Shown here: positions 1 to 9,302 of the stretch, in pieces
Numbering within the stretch: the first letter of the stretch is position 1
How the letters are laid out: every line of letters begins with the position of its first letter
Source of the DNA: Candidatus Spyradenecus sp.
GTDB taxonomy: Bacteria; Verrucomicrobiota; Kiritimatiellia; RFP12; DVOR01
Direction of reading: 5' to 3'
DNA length: 64,000 nt
NCBI GenBank assembly: GCA_051884775.1
Contig: JBJEVY010000070.1
Span: 2,033-66,032 of the forward strand
The notes under the pieces: generated by a model
Database searches by the model: none
What the model was told of the DNA's origin: nothing
The model's input: only the letters and a program-made list of their open reading frames with translations
Made by a program: the position numbers and the translations under genes

Positions 1-1
1 T

Positions 2-1483
2 TACGACCGCCAGCGGCGCGAGCTGGAGGAGGCCCCGGTGGACCTGTTGGTGGCCACGCCCGGGCGCTTGAAGGATTATATGCGCAGCCACATTGTGGAC
101 CTGCGTCAGGTCGATACGCTGGTGATTGACGAGGCCGACCGGATGCTCGACATGGGCTTCATCCCCGATGTCCGCGCCATTGTCAACCGCCTGCCCGATC
201 GCGACCACCGCTGCACGATGCTCTATTCCGCCACGCTCAACGAGACGGTGATGAACCTCGCGGCCATGTGGATGCGCGACCCGGTGCGCGTGGAAATCGA
301 GTCCGAAAGCCTCGCCACCGACACCGTCAACCAGATTGTCTACATCGCCCGCAGCGAAGAGAAGTTCAAGCTCCTCTACAACCACCTGGCCCACAACCCC
401 GATGCGCGGACGATCATCTTCTGCAATCGCAAGTTCTCCACCGAACGCATTGCCGAAAATCTCCGCCGCCGCGGCATCCCCTGCGAGGTGCTCTCGGGCG
501 ACGTCAACCAGGTCAAGCGCCTGAAGATTCTCGAAGCCTTCCGCGCCGGCTCGGTCCGCACCGTGGTGGCCACCGATGTGGCTGGGCGCGGCATCCACGT
601 CGATGACATCGCCTTCGTCATCAACTACGACTTCCCCTACGAGCCCGAGGACTATGTCCATCGCATCGGCCGCACCGGCCGCGCCGGCCACACCGGCACC
701 GCCATCTCCTTCGCCGATGAGGACGAGAGCTTCATTATCCCCGACATCGAAAAGTACATCAACGAACCGCTCAAGTGCTCGATGCCCGAGGAGTGGATGT
801 ACGCCGAGCTCCCGCCGCCCGCCGCCCGTCAGCGCCGCGACCGCGCCGAGCGCAAGCCCCGCCCCGAAGCCGAAACCGCCACGCCGGCCCCCGAAGCCGA
901 GCCTGTGAGTGCCCCGGAAGCCCCTGCCTCCGAGGCCCCCGCACCGGTCGAAGCCCCTGCGCCGGTCGAAGTCCCCGCACCGGCCCCGGAAACCCCGGTT
1001 GATCCGGTTACTCCGGAGGCCCCTGCGCCCGAGGTTGCTCCAGAAGCGCCGGCCCCGGAGCCCCAGCCCGCTCCGGCCGCCGAGGCTAAGCCCGAGGTCG
1101 CCGAAGCCCCGGCTGAAGGCGAGAGCGCCAAGGCCGAGACCGAGCTCCGCCCCGAGCGCGAGCCGCGCTTCAAGCCGCGTTCCCGCCACGATCGCGAGCG
1201 CCGTAAACGCCAGCGCGATCGCGAAGCCGCCGCCAAGCGCGCCGCCGGAATTGTCGAGGAGAAGCCCGCCGCGCGTCCCGAGCGCAAGCCGCGCCCGGAG
1301 CAGCCGCGCAACGACCGCCCGCCGCGCCGCCCCAAGCCCGTGGCGCAGCACTGGGCCCGCACCCAGGCTGACGGCCCGCGCGATGGCTCCGAGAGTCACC
1401 ATGCCGCCCCCACGATTGCCCGGCCCATCTACGCCCCCGGCAAGCGCGGTCCGGTGACCGCCGAGTGGACCCCCGGCCAATAG
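2..1483 (+). CDS. DEAD-box ATP-dependent RNA helicase, 5'-partial (starts outside the window), with a long Pro/Ala/Glu-rich then Arg/Lys-rich low-complexity C-terminal tail
   Basis: Frame 2 translates VDLLVATPGRL, DEAD, SAT and HRIGRTGR helicase motifs before the first ATG in the track. The tail has PEAPAP-type repeats followed by an RK-rich segment. Stop at 1481-1483. Confidence 0.85.
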   Translation, partial: YDRQRRELEEAPVDLLVATPGRLKDYMRSHIVDLRQVDTLVIDEADRMLDMGFIPDVRAIVNRLPDRDHRCTMLYSATLNETVMNLAAMWMRDPVRVEIESESLATDTVNQIVYIARSEEKFKLLYNHLAHNPDARTIIFCNRKFSTERIAENLRRRGIPCEVLSGDVNQVKRLKILEAFRAGSVRTVVATDVAGRGIHVDDIAFVINYDFPYEPEDYVHRIGRTGRAGHTGTAISFADEDESFIIPDIEKYINEPLKCSMPEEWMYAELPPPAARQRRDRAERKPRPEAETATPAPEAEPVSAPEAPASEAPAPVEAPAPVEVPAPAPETPVDPVTPEAPAPEVAPEAPAPEPQPAPAAEAKPEVAEAPAEGESAKAETELRPEREPRFKPRSRHDRERRKRQRDREAAAKRAAGIVEEKPAARPERKPRPEQPRNDRPPRRPKPVAQHWARTQADGPRDGSESHHAAPTIARPIYAPGKRGPVTAEWTPGQ

Positions 1484-1502
1484 GCCCGGACACTCCCATT
1501 CA

Positions 1503-1545
1503 GACAACAAAGCGCGGTCTCTCCCCGAGGCCGCGCTTTGTTGTC
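1503..1545 (+). terminator. Long perfect hairpin downstream of the helicase gene, putative terminator (15-bp stem gacaacaaagcgcgg / ccgcgctttgttgtc)
   Basis: Inverted repeat read directly. The 3' flank is not U-rich, so this is a structural call only. Confidence 0.4.
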
Positions 1546-1633
1546 TCCTACGACTTCGGGGGCTTGTGCTATACTGGGGGCAATCAGGGCGCGTGTGCGC
1601 CGGCGTGAGAAGAGAAGAAGGCGTTAGGAGTTG

Positions 1634-2032
1634 ATGATGAGCCGCTGGAAGATTTTGGGCGTGGCGCTGTTGGGCGCGGCACTGCTGTTTGCGAATGGGT
1701 GCATTTGGACGCGCGCGAAGGTGAATGACGCGGCGGTCTGCGAGCGCGCCAAGGCAATTGTGCCGGGGCAGACGCGCGCGGAGCAGTTGCCGGCGGTGTT
1801 GGGGGTGGTGCCGAGCTCGGTCATTCCATTGAAGGATGGGCGCCAGGTCTTGGTCTTTGCCTACGGGGACGCGAAGACCGAGGGCGTTTCGCTGATTGTG
1901 GTCACCTTTACCAAGACGAACTCGGCCTTCTCGGCGGTCTATGTGCTGGTCAACGCGCAGGGGGTGGTTGAGCGGGTGCAGACAGCGCCGCAGCAGGAGC
2001 TGGCCTGGGAGACGTGGCCCTTTGGGGCATAA
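1634..2032 (+). CDS. Small lipoprotein (signal peptide plus lipobox LFANGC)
   Basis: N-terminal hydrophobic segment followed by a Cys lipobox. Preceded by an aggag RBS. Start choice among TTG1631/ATG1634/ATG1637 is uncertain. Confidence 0.55.
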   Translation: MMSRWKILGVALLGAALLFANGCIWTRAKVNDAAVCERAKAIVPGQTRAEQLPAVLGVVPSSVIPLKDGRQVLVFAYGDAKTEGVSLIVVTFTKTNSAFSAVYVLVNAQGVVERVQTAPQQELAWETWPFGA

Positions 2033-2044
2033 GGAGGGGCAACG

Positions 2045-2485
2045 ATGGTTGCGCAGACTGTTTTGCCCGCGCTGTGTCGATGCTTGGTGCTGACTGCGTT
2101 GGCCGCATGGGGAGCCGGGTGCACATGCTCGCGCGTGCGAATCAATGAGGGGATTGAGCAACTCGACAGCGCGTGGATTATCCCGGGGCAGACGACCTTT
2201 GAGGAGGTCATCACGCGCCTGGGGTTGCCGCCGCCGGCGGGGAAGGTCGATGATGTGGCGCTCTACCTCTCCGACGACCTCCTCCACTGGGTTTCGACCG
2301 ACACCTTTACCGCCAAGCTTGAACTCGGTTACCTCCTCACGCCGCTCTTTGAGCGCTCGCGCACGGTGGTGGCGCACGACCTGATGATCTGCTTCGATGA
2401 GCGCCGCGTGGTCTCGCGCCTCTCCCGCACCGCCCGTGAGGGGCAAAGGGTCCGCCTGCTGGAATATCGGGAGGCAACCCCATGA
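2045..2485 (+). CDS. Small lipoprotein (lipobox WGAGC)
   Basis: Signal peptide then a Cys lipobox. ggagggg RBS 6 nt upstream of the ATG. Confidence 0.55.
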   Translation: MVAQTVLPALCRCLVLTALAAWGAGCTCSRVRINEGIEQLDSAWIIPGQTTFEEVITRLGLPPPAGKVDDVALYLSDDLLHWVSTDTFTAKLELGYLLTPLFERSRTVVAHDLMICFDERRVVSRLSRTAREGQRVRLLEYREATP

Positions 2486-2862
2486 AGTGGCGCTTGAGCC
2501 TGCTACTCCTGCTCGGCGCGCTCGGCCTCTGCGGCTGCATCTCCCGGCGCTCGGGCTACGCAGCGAGCAACGCGGAGCTTCGCCTAGGAATGACCTACCG
2601 CGAGGTCGTGGCGCAGCTCGGCAATCCCTCCTATGTCCGCGCCTTGCCCGAGGGCACCGAAGCGCTCTGGGCCGGGATGGCCACCTCCGGCAGCGAGTTC
2701 TCCCTCAAATACTACGGCGCGCCGCTCCTCAAGCTCGGCCGCACCCGCAGCCAAGCGATTGGCCGGCGCATGCGATTTGATGCCGCCGGGCGCCTAACCG
2801 CCTCCACCCCCACCGGCACCGGCGAGCCCGCCTGGGGCTGGCTCCCCTTCGGCAAAGAATAA
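2482..2862 (+). CDS. BamE/SmpA-OmlA-like outer-membrane lipoprotein
   Basis: Lipobox LGLCGC. LRLGMTYREVVAQLGNPSY resembles the BamE (SmpA_OmlA) motif. Start ATG overlaps the upstream stop (ATGA). Confidence 0.5.
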   Translation: MKWRLSLLLLLGALGLCGCISRRSGYAASNAELRLGMTYREVVAQLGNPSYVRALPEGTEALWAGMATSGSEFSLKYYGAPLLKLGRTRSQAIGRRMRFDAAGRLTASTPTGTGEPAWGWLPFGKE

Positions 2863-3127
2863 CCCCCGCCGAACGCCCTGTTTCCACTTGCCGCCCCGGG
2901 CCCTGTCGCCTTGGGGACCGACGGTTTCCCGCGAGCAAGCTCGCGGGCACGCCGGGGGGTGCCGCCTTTGGCGGACACCTTCACCTCCCCCGCCTTTGGT
3001 GGACACCTTCGCCTCCCACGCCACGCACCCGGGCCTACTTCGCTTTGGACTCGGGCCTATCTCGAGGTGGCCTCGTGCGAGGCGGGGGCCGTGGGGCGGA
3101 TTTTTTGCGGGGAGCGTAAAAAAGTGC

Positions 3128-3156
3128 TTGCATTGGCGGGGCGAGTTTGGCATAAT
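3128..3156 (+). promoter_or_regulatory. Sigma70-like promoter for tRNA-Gln: TTGCAT, 17-nt spacer, CATAAT with upstream TG
   Basis: Hexamers and spacing read directly. Nearly the same spacer sequence (GGGGCGAGTTTGG CATAATG) recurs at the rpsP promoter. Confidence 0.5.
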
Positions 3157-3176
3157 GTGCCGCGTTTTCCGTTCAT

Positions 3177-3250
3177 TGCCTCATGGTGTAACGGTAGCAC
3201 AACTGACTCTGGATCAGTTTGTCAAGGTTCGAATCCTTGTGAGGCAACCA
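3177..3250 (+). tRNA. tRNA-Gln (anticodon CUG), CCA encoded
   Basis: Cloverleaf folded by hand. Acceptor stem tgcctca/tgaggca, anticodon stem actga/tcagt with loop cTCTGGa, T-arm caagg-TTCGAAT-ccttg, 4-nt variable loop. Confidence 0.85.
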
Positions 3251-3308
3251 GTAGAGAGGCTGTGGGGTGCGCTCCGCGGTCTTTTTTGTTGTTAGAGGAG
3301 GCCGAACG

Positions 3309-3791
3309 ATGGTCGAGGACCTGTTGGAGATTTTGCGTACGAACGCGAAGGAGTCGCCCGAGACGATGGCGAAGATGCTAGGGGTGGAGCTTAGCGAGGT
3401 GGAGCGCGCAATTTCCAAGCTGGAAGCGCGGGGGATTATCCGCGGCTGGCAGGCGATTATCAACGAGGACTTGGTGCCCCAGGAGCACGTGACGGCCGTC
3501 ATTGAAGTGCGCGTGACGCCCGAGCGCGAGGGCGGCTTCAACCGCGTGGCCGAGCGAGTGGCGAAGTTTGACGAGGTGGAGGCGGCCTATCTGATGAGCG
3601 GCGGCTACGACCTGCTGCTCTTTGTGAGCGGGAAGAATCTGTTGGAGGTGGCGCGCTTTGTGAGCGAGAAGCTCTCGACCATCCACGGCGTGCTCTCCAC
3701 GGCCACCCACTTCCGCCTGAAGACCTATAAGCAGAGCGGCGTGCTGATGGCCAAGCCGAGCGAAGAAGAGCGTCTGGTGGTGAGCCCATGA
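3309..3791 (+). CDS. Lrp/AsnC family transcriptional regulator
   Basis: N-terminal HTH plus C-terminal RAM-domain pattern (MVEDLLEILRTNAKES...YDLLLFVSGKNLLEV). RBS gaggaggccgaacgATG. Upstream in-frame extension in the ORF track rejected. Confidence 0.85.
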   Translation: MVEDLLEILRTNAKESPETMAKMLGVELSEVERAISKLEARGIIRGWQAIINEDLVPQEHVTAVIEVRVTPEREGGFNRVAERVAKFDEVEAAYLMSGGYDLLLFVSGKNLLEVARFVSEKLSTIHGVLSTATHFRLKTYKQSGVLMAKPSEEERLVVSP

Positions 3792-4960
3792 GCGACCCGC
3801 GCCACCAGTATTTGGCCCGGCATATTGTCGACCTGCCCAAGAGCGGCATCCGGGAGTTTTTCGACATTGTGAGCACGCGGCAGGGGGTTATCTCCCTGGC
3901 AATCGGCGAGCCGGACTTCGATACGCCTTGGCACATTCGCGAGGCGGCGATGTTTTCGCTCGAGCGCGGGGCCACGCACTACACGGGCAACGCCGGCTTG
4001 ATGAGCCTGCGCGAGGCGATTGCCGCCTACGTCAAGCGCCGCTTCGGGGGGAACTACAACCCGGCGCGGGAGGTGTTGGTGACGGTGGGCGCCTCGGAGG
4101 GGCTGGATGTGGCGCTGCGCGCGATCCTGAACCCGGGCGATGAGGTGCTCTATCACGAGCCGTGCTTCGTCAGTTACGGTCCGGAGATCGCGATGGCCCA
4201 CGGCGTGCCGGTGCCGGTGGAGACCCATGTGGAGGATAACTTCCGCCTCTCGGTGGCGGCGTTGGAGGCGAAGGTGACGCCGCGCACCAAGGCGCTGATT
4301 GTCAACTTCCCGAACAACCCGACCGGCGCGGTGCTCGAGCGCGAGGATGTGGAGGCCATCGCCCAGTTCGCGTTGAAGCACGACCTCTTCTTGATTTCCG
4401 ATGAGATCTACGCCGAGCTCACCTGGGGCGGCAAGAAGCATGTCTCCTTCGCCTCGGTGCCCGAACTGCGCGATCGGCTGATTTTGCACCACGGCTACTC
4501 CAAGGCCTGGGCGATGACGGGCTTCCGCATGGCCTATGTCTGCGCGCCGGAGTGGGTGATGGAGACCATCCTCAAGATTCATCAGTACCAGATTATGTGC
4601 GCTTCCACCGCTTCGCAGTATGCCGCGTTGGAGGCGATGCGCCAGCCCGAAGAGGATATGGCCCCGATGCTGCGCGCCTACGAGCAGCGGCGCAACTACC
4701 TGCGCGCGGCCTTTGCCGAGGCGGGCATCCCGATGCACAACCCCGCCGGCGCCTTCTACGCCTTCCCGCAGATTGCCAAGTTCGGCCTCTCGGCGCGCGA
4801 GTTCGCCGTGCGTTTGCTCGATGCCGAGAATGTGGCCGTGGTGCCGGGCACTGCGTTTGGCGCGTGCGGCGAGGGCTTTGTGCGCTGCTCCTACGCCACG
4901 GGAATGGAACAACTCAAGGAGGCGGCGCTGCGTATTGGCCGCTTCGTCAAGACGCTGTAA
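3788..4960 (+). CDS. Class I/II PLP-dependent aminotransferase (aspartate/aromatic-type)
   Basis: NPTGAV and YSKAWAMTGFRMAY (PLP-lysine region) motifs. 4-nt ATGA overlap with the lrp-like gene suggests translational coupling. Confidence 0.85.
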   Translation: MSDPRHQYLARHIVDLPKSGIREFFDIVSTRQGVISLAIGEPDFDTPWHIREAAMFSLERGATHYTGNAGLMSLREAIAAYVKRRFGGNYNPAREVLVTVGASEGLDVALRAILNPGDEVLYHEPCFVSYGPEIAMAHGVPVPVETHVEDNFRLSVAALEAKVTPRTKALIVNFPNNPTGAVLEREDVEAIAQFALKHDLFLISDEIYAELTWGGKKHVSFASVPELRDRLILHHGYSKAWAMTGFRMAYVCAPEWVMETILKIHQYQIMCASTASQYAALEAMRQPEEDMAPMLRAYEQRRNYLRAAFAEAGIPMHNPAGAFYAFPQIAKFGLSAREFAVRLLDAENVAVVPGTAFGACGEGFVRCSYATGMEQLKEAALRIGRFVKTL

Positions 4961-4969
4961 GGAGTGACT

Positions 4970-5908
4970 ATGGCCCCCTTTGCCCCGAAATCCGCCCCGC
5001 GCCGTCCCGCCTCCCAGCCGCCGCGCGTAGGGGCCGTGCCCACCGCCAAGCCGAAGATTGCCATCGTCACGCGCGATGAGGAGGGGCTTGCGCTGCAGGA
5101 CTTCCTCTCGGCCCGGCTGAAGGTGACCAAGCGCGCGGCCAAGGCGATGATTGATGCGCGCGTGGTGTGGGTGAACCGCAAGTTGGTGTGGATTGCCCGC
5201 CACACCTTGCAGCCCGGGGACAAGGTGGCCTTTGTGGTGCAGAAGAGCACGGGGGCCAAGCAGGACAAGAGCGCCGAGGCCCGGCCGCACATCCGCATCC
5301 TCTGGCAGGATGAGTGGTATCTGGCCGTCGACAAGCCCGCCGGCGTGCTCACCCAGGGGCGCAACTCGGCCGAGGAGATCCTGCGCGAGCAGGAGCACAA
5401 CAGCGCCATTGCCGCCGTGCACCGTCTGGATCGCGAGACCTCCGGCGTGATGCTCTTTGCCAAGAGCGCCGAGGCGTTGGACGCGGCCATCGAGATGTTC
5501 AAGACCCACCGGGTGATTAAGTTCTATGCCGCGCTCGCTGCCGGGGGCATCGAGCGCCAAGCCTCCACCCTCACCGAGACGCTCGATGGCGAGCGCGCGG
5601 TCACGCACGTAAAGAAGATGCAGTCCAATGCCGAGGCCTCCTTCCTCTCCCTGCGCATTGAGACCGGCCGCACCCACCAGATTCGCCGCCACCTCGCCGG
5701 CATCCGCCACCCAATCATTGGCGACCGCCAGTATGGCGTTAAGCAGGCCAATGACCCGCGGTTGCTCTCGGTGACCCGGCAGATGCTCCACGCCTCGGAG
5801 CTGGAGCTCCCGCACCCGATGGTGCTCGGTCAGCACATCAAGGCCCACGCCCCCCTCCCTGCCGACTTTCGTTCGGCCCTCAAGCTCTTTGGGCTGGGCA
5901 AGCGCTAG
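4970..5908 (+). CDS. RluA-family 23S rRNA/tRNA pseudouridine synthase with N-terminal S4-like domain
   Basis: HRLDRETSGVMLFAKS catalytic motif plus an S4-like segment. The ATG at 4970 is better spaced from the aaggag RBS than the GTG at 4964. Confidence 0.8.
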   Translation: MAPFAPKSAPRRPASQPPRVGAVPTAKPKIAIVTRDEEGLALQDFLSARLKVTKRAAKAMIDARVVWVNRKLVWIARHTLQPGDKVAFVVQKSTGAKQDKSAEARPHIRILWQDEWYLAVDKPAGVLTQGRNSAEEILREQEHNSAIAAVHRLDRETSGVMLFAKSAEALDAAIEMFKTHRVIKFYAALAAGGIERQASTLTETLDGERAVTHVKKMQSNAEASFLSLRIETGRTHQIRRHLAGIRHPIIGDRQYGVKQANDPRLLSVTRQMLHASELELPHPMVLGQHIKAHAPLPADFRSALKLFGLGKR

Positions 5909-5924
5909 CGAGCGCGGCTCAGCC

Positions 5925-6115
5925 GCGCGTGAAGTGGCGCGCGCTGCGCGCCGTGAGGAGTTCGCTCCGCTCACGCGAAGTGCGCCTAACGGCGCGTTTT
6001 CCAGTTGCTATTCACGCCGCGAAGCAGCACCTCTCGGCGCGCAAGGCGCGCCACCCTCGCGCGCGGCTTTGCCGCGCACCTCACGCCGCCTTTGGCGGCA
6101 CCTCACGCGAGCGTA
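5925..6115. repeat. REP-like palindromic repeat cluster (CGTGAAGTG / GCGTGAGGTGCGCC family)
   Basis: Motifs cgcgtgaagtg, cacgcgaagtgcgcc and cacctcacgc recur here and at 10340-10450, 19661-19775, 20058-20173 and 63755-63850. Confidence 0.5.
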
Positions 6116-6122
6116 GCGAGCT

Positions 6123-7316
6123 TCAGGCCTCCGAAGGGGGCACTACTACATTGAAACCCAGGATCTCCAGCTTGCGGAGGAGGGTGGAAGAGGGGTGAGA
6201 GAGGACGAGGGTGGTGCCGTTGAAGAGGCGGCGGAGGGGGTAGTTTTTCCGTTGGAAGTCGAAGGCTTCGCGGCGGCCGGCTGCAGTGTCGGCGAAGGCT
6301 GCGCGGAAGCGAGCGCTATCGGCCTCAATATCACAGGTCGCCTTGACCGCTTCGCGGAGGATGGCCTGGTCGGAGAAGTCCTCGCAGTTGAGGCGGAGGG
6401 AGGAGACAGGGGCATCGGGATAGGCGGGCAGACGGCCAACCGGCTTTTCCAGGAAGTCGCAAGCGGCCTTGTAGACGGCCCAAGTGCCGTTGGCCTTACC
6501 CTCAAAGGCGTGGCCAGCGATGTGGGGGGTGGTGAGGGTGGCGAGCATGGCCAAGCCGGGCTGGTAATCCGGCTCGCCCTCCCAGCAGTCGATGGCCGCG
6601 TCAGAGAGTTGGCCGGTGGTGAGCATCGCGGTGAGCAGGGCGTTATCGCAAATAGGGCCGCGGGCAAAGTTGAGCAGCACCGCGCCGGGCTTGACCTGGC
6701 GGACCACGGGGCCGGAGAAGAGGCCACGGGTCTTATAGGGGCCCTCGTTGGTGAGCGGGGTGTGGAAGGTGATGACATCGGCCTGGCGCAGGAGCTCCTC
6801 GTAGGAGACGAAGTCACGCGCTTGCCAATCGCCGGCATCTTTGCGCGGCGGGTCGCAGCAGAGGGTGTTCATCCCCAGGACCTCCTCGGCAAAACGCTTG
6901 ACAATGGAGCCGACGTGCCCCACGCCAACAATGCCCAGCGTGCGCTTTTCCCAGGAGATCTGCTGCCGCTCGGCAAAGGTTAGGAGGGCGGCGACCACGT
7001 AGTCTGCCACGCTCTCGGCATTGCAACCAGGGGCGGTGGCCACGGTCACGCCCAGGCGCGAAAGGGCCTCGAAGTCCAGATGGTCGGTGCCGGCCACGCC
7101 GCTGCCCACAAAGCGGACAGGGGTGCCCTCGAGGAGCGCGCCATCAATCCGGCAGGTGGAGCGGACGAAGAGAAGGTCGCAGTTGGCCAGGTCTTCGCGC
7201 CGGATGTTGCGCCCATCGATGGCGCGGGCGCGGCCAAGGCGGCGAAAGAGTTTGTCGCCCAACAGGAGATTGCGATCGTAGAGAATGCGCGGTTTTGGGG
7301 AAGCGGGTTCAGCCAT
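6123..7316 (-). CDS. pdxB: Erythronate-4-phosphate dehydrogenase (D-2-hydroxyacid dehydrogenase family)
   Basis: The N-terminal half (PRILYDRNL...LFVRSTCRIDGALLEGTPVRFVGSGVAGTDHLDFEA...GIVGVGHVGS) parallels E. coli PdxB segment by segment (recalled). NAD-binding GxGxxG present. Confidence 0.65.
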   Translation of the reverse strand: MAEPASPKPRILYDRNLLLGDKLFRRLGRARAIDGRNIRREDLANCDLLFVRSTCRIDGALLEGTPVRFVGSGVAGTDHLDFEALSRLGVTVATAPGCNAESVADYVVAALLTFAERQQISWEKRTLGIVGVGHVGSIVKRFAEEVLGMNTLCCDPPRKDAGDWQARDFVSYEELLRQADVITFHTPLTNEGPYKTRGLFSGPVVRQVKPGAVLLNFARGPICDNALLTAMLTTGQLSDAAIDCWEGEPDYQPGLAMLATLTTPHIAGHAFEGKANGTWAVYKAACDFLEKPVGRLPAYPDAPVSSLRLNCEDFSDQAILREAVKATCDIEADSARFRAAFADTAAGRREAFDFQRKNYPLRRLFNGTTLVLSHPSSTLLRKLEILGFNVVVPPSEA

Positions 7317-7341
7317 AGTCAGAGCCTCTGGGACGGCGCGG

Positions 7342-8232
7342 TCAACCGAGCGCCGCGACTTGTTCGGGGGTAATCGAGTAGCACTTGCCGCACATGTGGC
7401 AATAGATATCGGTGGGCTTGCCGGCGGCCACCATCGCCGCGCGCTCCTGCGCCGGCAACGTGCGTAGCATCGCCAGGACGCGCTCGGCCGAGCAACGGCA
7501 GCGGAAGCAGACGGTGTGGGTCTCGGGCTCGCCGGCGGGGTTAAGCCCCAGGCGCTTGACCAGTTCGGGGAGGGTGATACCGGTGTAGAGCCAATCCTGC
7601 ATCAGGCGCCAATCGAAGCACTTGGCCAGGCGGTCGTAGGCCTCCTCGGTGGCTTCGGGCGCAAAGTCGCACATCACGGCGTGGGCGCCGGCCACATAGC
7701 CCAGATTGCCCGAGGCCTCCAACTGGCAGAGGGCGCGCCGCTGCAGGGAGGAGTTGAAGTACTCTTCAACCAGGTCGGTGATGGTCAGGCGGTCGGGGAA
7801 GGTGAGGTCGAACTGCGCCACGGAATCCCGCTGGCCGGGGGCCGAGCGCACGATGGCGCAGAAGGCCTTATGGCCGATGGCGCGGTCGAAAATCACCTCG
7901 CTGGATTCGGGCGAGTCATCGAGTTGGGGCAGAACCTTTTGGCGCGTGTAGCCGCGGATTTCATAACCATGGGAGCACTCCAGCATCGCCCCGCCGAGCT
8001 GCCCCTCAGGCAAGTTCACGCGCAGGGAGATCCGCTGCCCGGGCGCGTCAAGCAAGGTGCCGAGCAGGGCCATCGCGCCAACCAGTTCAGCCTGAACGAT
8101 GCCGGCGATGGGCCCGCACAGGTGCCCGCGTTCCAGCGCACGGGCGGTATCGGTGACATTCGCGAGCGTCAGGCGGACCCCCACTTCAGGGTCGTAGACC
8201 GACGCAATCGAGTCGAGAGAATTGAGAATCAT
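7342..8232 (-). CDS. hslO: Hsp33 redox-regulated chaperone
   Basis: Hsp33-length protein with C-terminal zinc centre CFRCRCS...CHMCGKCY (CxC...CxxC). Confidence 0.8.
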   Translation of the reverse strand: MILNSLDSIASVYDPEVGVRLTLANVTDTARALERGHLCGPIAGIVQAELVGAMALLGTLLDAPGQRISLRVNLPEGQLGGAMLECSHGYEIRGYTRQKVLPQLDDSPESSEVIFDRAIGHKAFCAIVRSAPGQRDSVAQFDLTFPDRLTITDLVEEYFNSSLQRRALCQLEASGNLGYVAGAHAVMCDFAPEATEEAYDRLAKCFDWRLMQDWLYTGITLPELVKRLGLNPAGEPETHTVCFRCRCSAERVLAMLRTLPAQERAAMVAAGKPTDIYCHMCGKCYSITPEQVAALG

Positions 8233-8246
8233 AGGCTAGGCACGAG

Positions 8247-9284
8247 TTATCGATAGACCTCTTCGGCCCATTCGTAGGGCTCGGAGTAGGGCTGCTCAAA
8301 GAGCGTTTCGAGCATAAAGCGCAGGATGCGCTCGCCGCTGAAGAGCGCGTGATAGCGGCGGCGCCCGGCGGCGGCAATGGCGCGGCGGCGCGCGTCATCC
8401 TGCTGCACGGCCAGGAGCTGCTCAACCAGGTCGGGCACATCGTGGAAGAAGAGGGCCTCCTCGGGCGAGAAGAAGCGCTGCATCTGGTCGCCATCATAGA
8501 TTGCCGTGCAGATGCCCGAACCCATCAGGTGCGCGATGCGGTCCGAAGAGTACCACTTCATCCCGAAGTAGCGGTTGATGTTGATGCTCATCTTGGCGCT
8601 AGCGAGCAGGTCGTCGTAGGCCGCCCCGCCCACCACCGGTGCGCGGCCATACATCCCCACAATGTCAAAGCGCAGGGGCTGCCCCTCCAACGCCGCCTTC
8701 AGCCGGCGGATGAAGTCCAGCCGCGGATCGCCCTCGCGCGGCTGACCGGCGTAAAAGAGGTCGCAGGCGAAGTCTTCGGCCGGACGAAGGCTGTTATCAA
8801 GCGTCTCGAGGGCGGTATCGGCGGGGTTAGGCATATAGGCCACCACGTTGCGCCCGGTAACGAAGGGCTTTAGGTATTCGGCCCCGGCGGTGGTGGCGAA
8901 GAGCGCATCGCAACTCTCCATCCGCGCGCGCATCTGCTCCTGCGGGTGCGCGTCGCACATCGGGTCCACATTGAAGTGGGCCATTCGCACATTCGGCAAG
9001 GCGCGGCGGATGGCCGCGAGCGTCTCGTTCTCCACATAGTCACAGTGGCCGATGAGAATGGCATCAGGGCGGAAGTTCTTGGCGCACGCGAGCAGCGTCT
9101 GGTTCATCTTCCGCTTGCCGAAGGGCTGAATCCCCAGGCAAAGCAGCCGCGCCATATCGCGGTCGGAATACTCGCAGAGTCGGTGATTTCCGCGCACGGC
9201 GCCGCACGCGAGCGCGCGCCCCGGCCCCATCCGCAGCTTTCCGTAGCGCCGAATCAACAAGTTGTCTAGCAGTAGAATCCGCAT
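8247..9284 (-). CDS. CgeB-like / DUF3880-type glycosyltransferase-family protein
   Basis: Weak family-level resemblance only (central Rossmann-like pattern, C-terminal GT1-like segment). Function unknown. Confidence 0.4.
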   Translation of the reverse strand: MRILLLDNLLIRRYGKLRMGPGRALACGAVRGNHRLCEYSDRDMARLLCLGIQPFGKRKMNQTLLACAKNFRPDAILIGHCDYVENETLAAIRRALPNVRMAHFNVDPMCDAHPQEQMRARMESCDALFATTAGAEYLKPFVTGRNVVAYMPNPADTALETLDNSLRPAEDFACDLFYAGQPREGDPRLDFIRRLKAALEGQPLRFDIVGMYGRAPVVGGAAYDDLLASAKMSININRYFGMKWYSSDRIAHLMGSGICTAIYDGDQMQRFFSPEEALFFHDVPDLVEQLLAVQQDDARRRAIAAAGRRRYHALFSGERILRFMLETLFEQPYSEPYEWAEEVYR

Positions 9285-9302
9285 CTCATCCGCTCCTTAT
9301 GC

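Noticed and set aside
3725-5974. 749-aa minus-strand ORF across the aminotransferase and RluA genes; similar long antisense ORFs at 17156-19558, 23768-26350, 26911-29023, 31859-34849, 37917-40028, 42698-44023
   Set aside because: Each is antisense to a CDS with strong family motifs. Their products are Gly/Ala/Arg low-complexity strings. High GC suppresses stop codons on the opposite strand.
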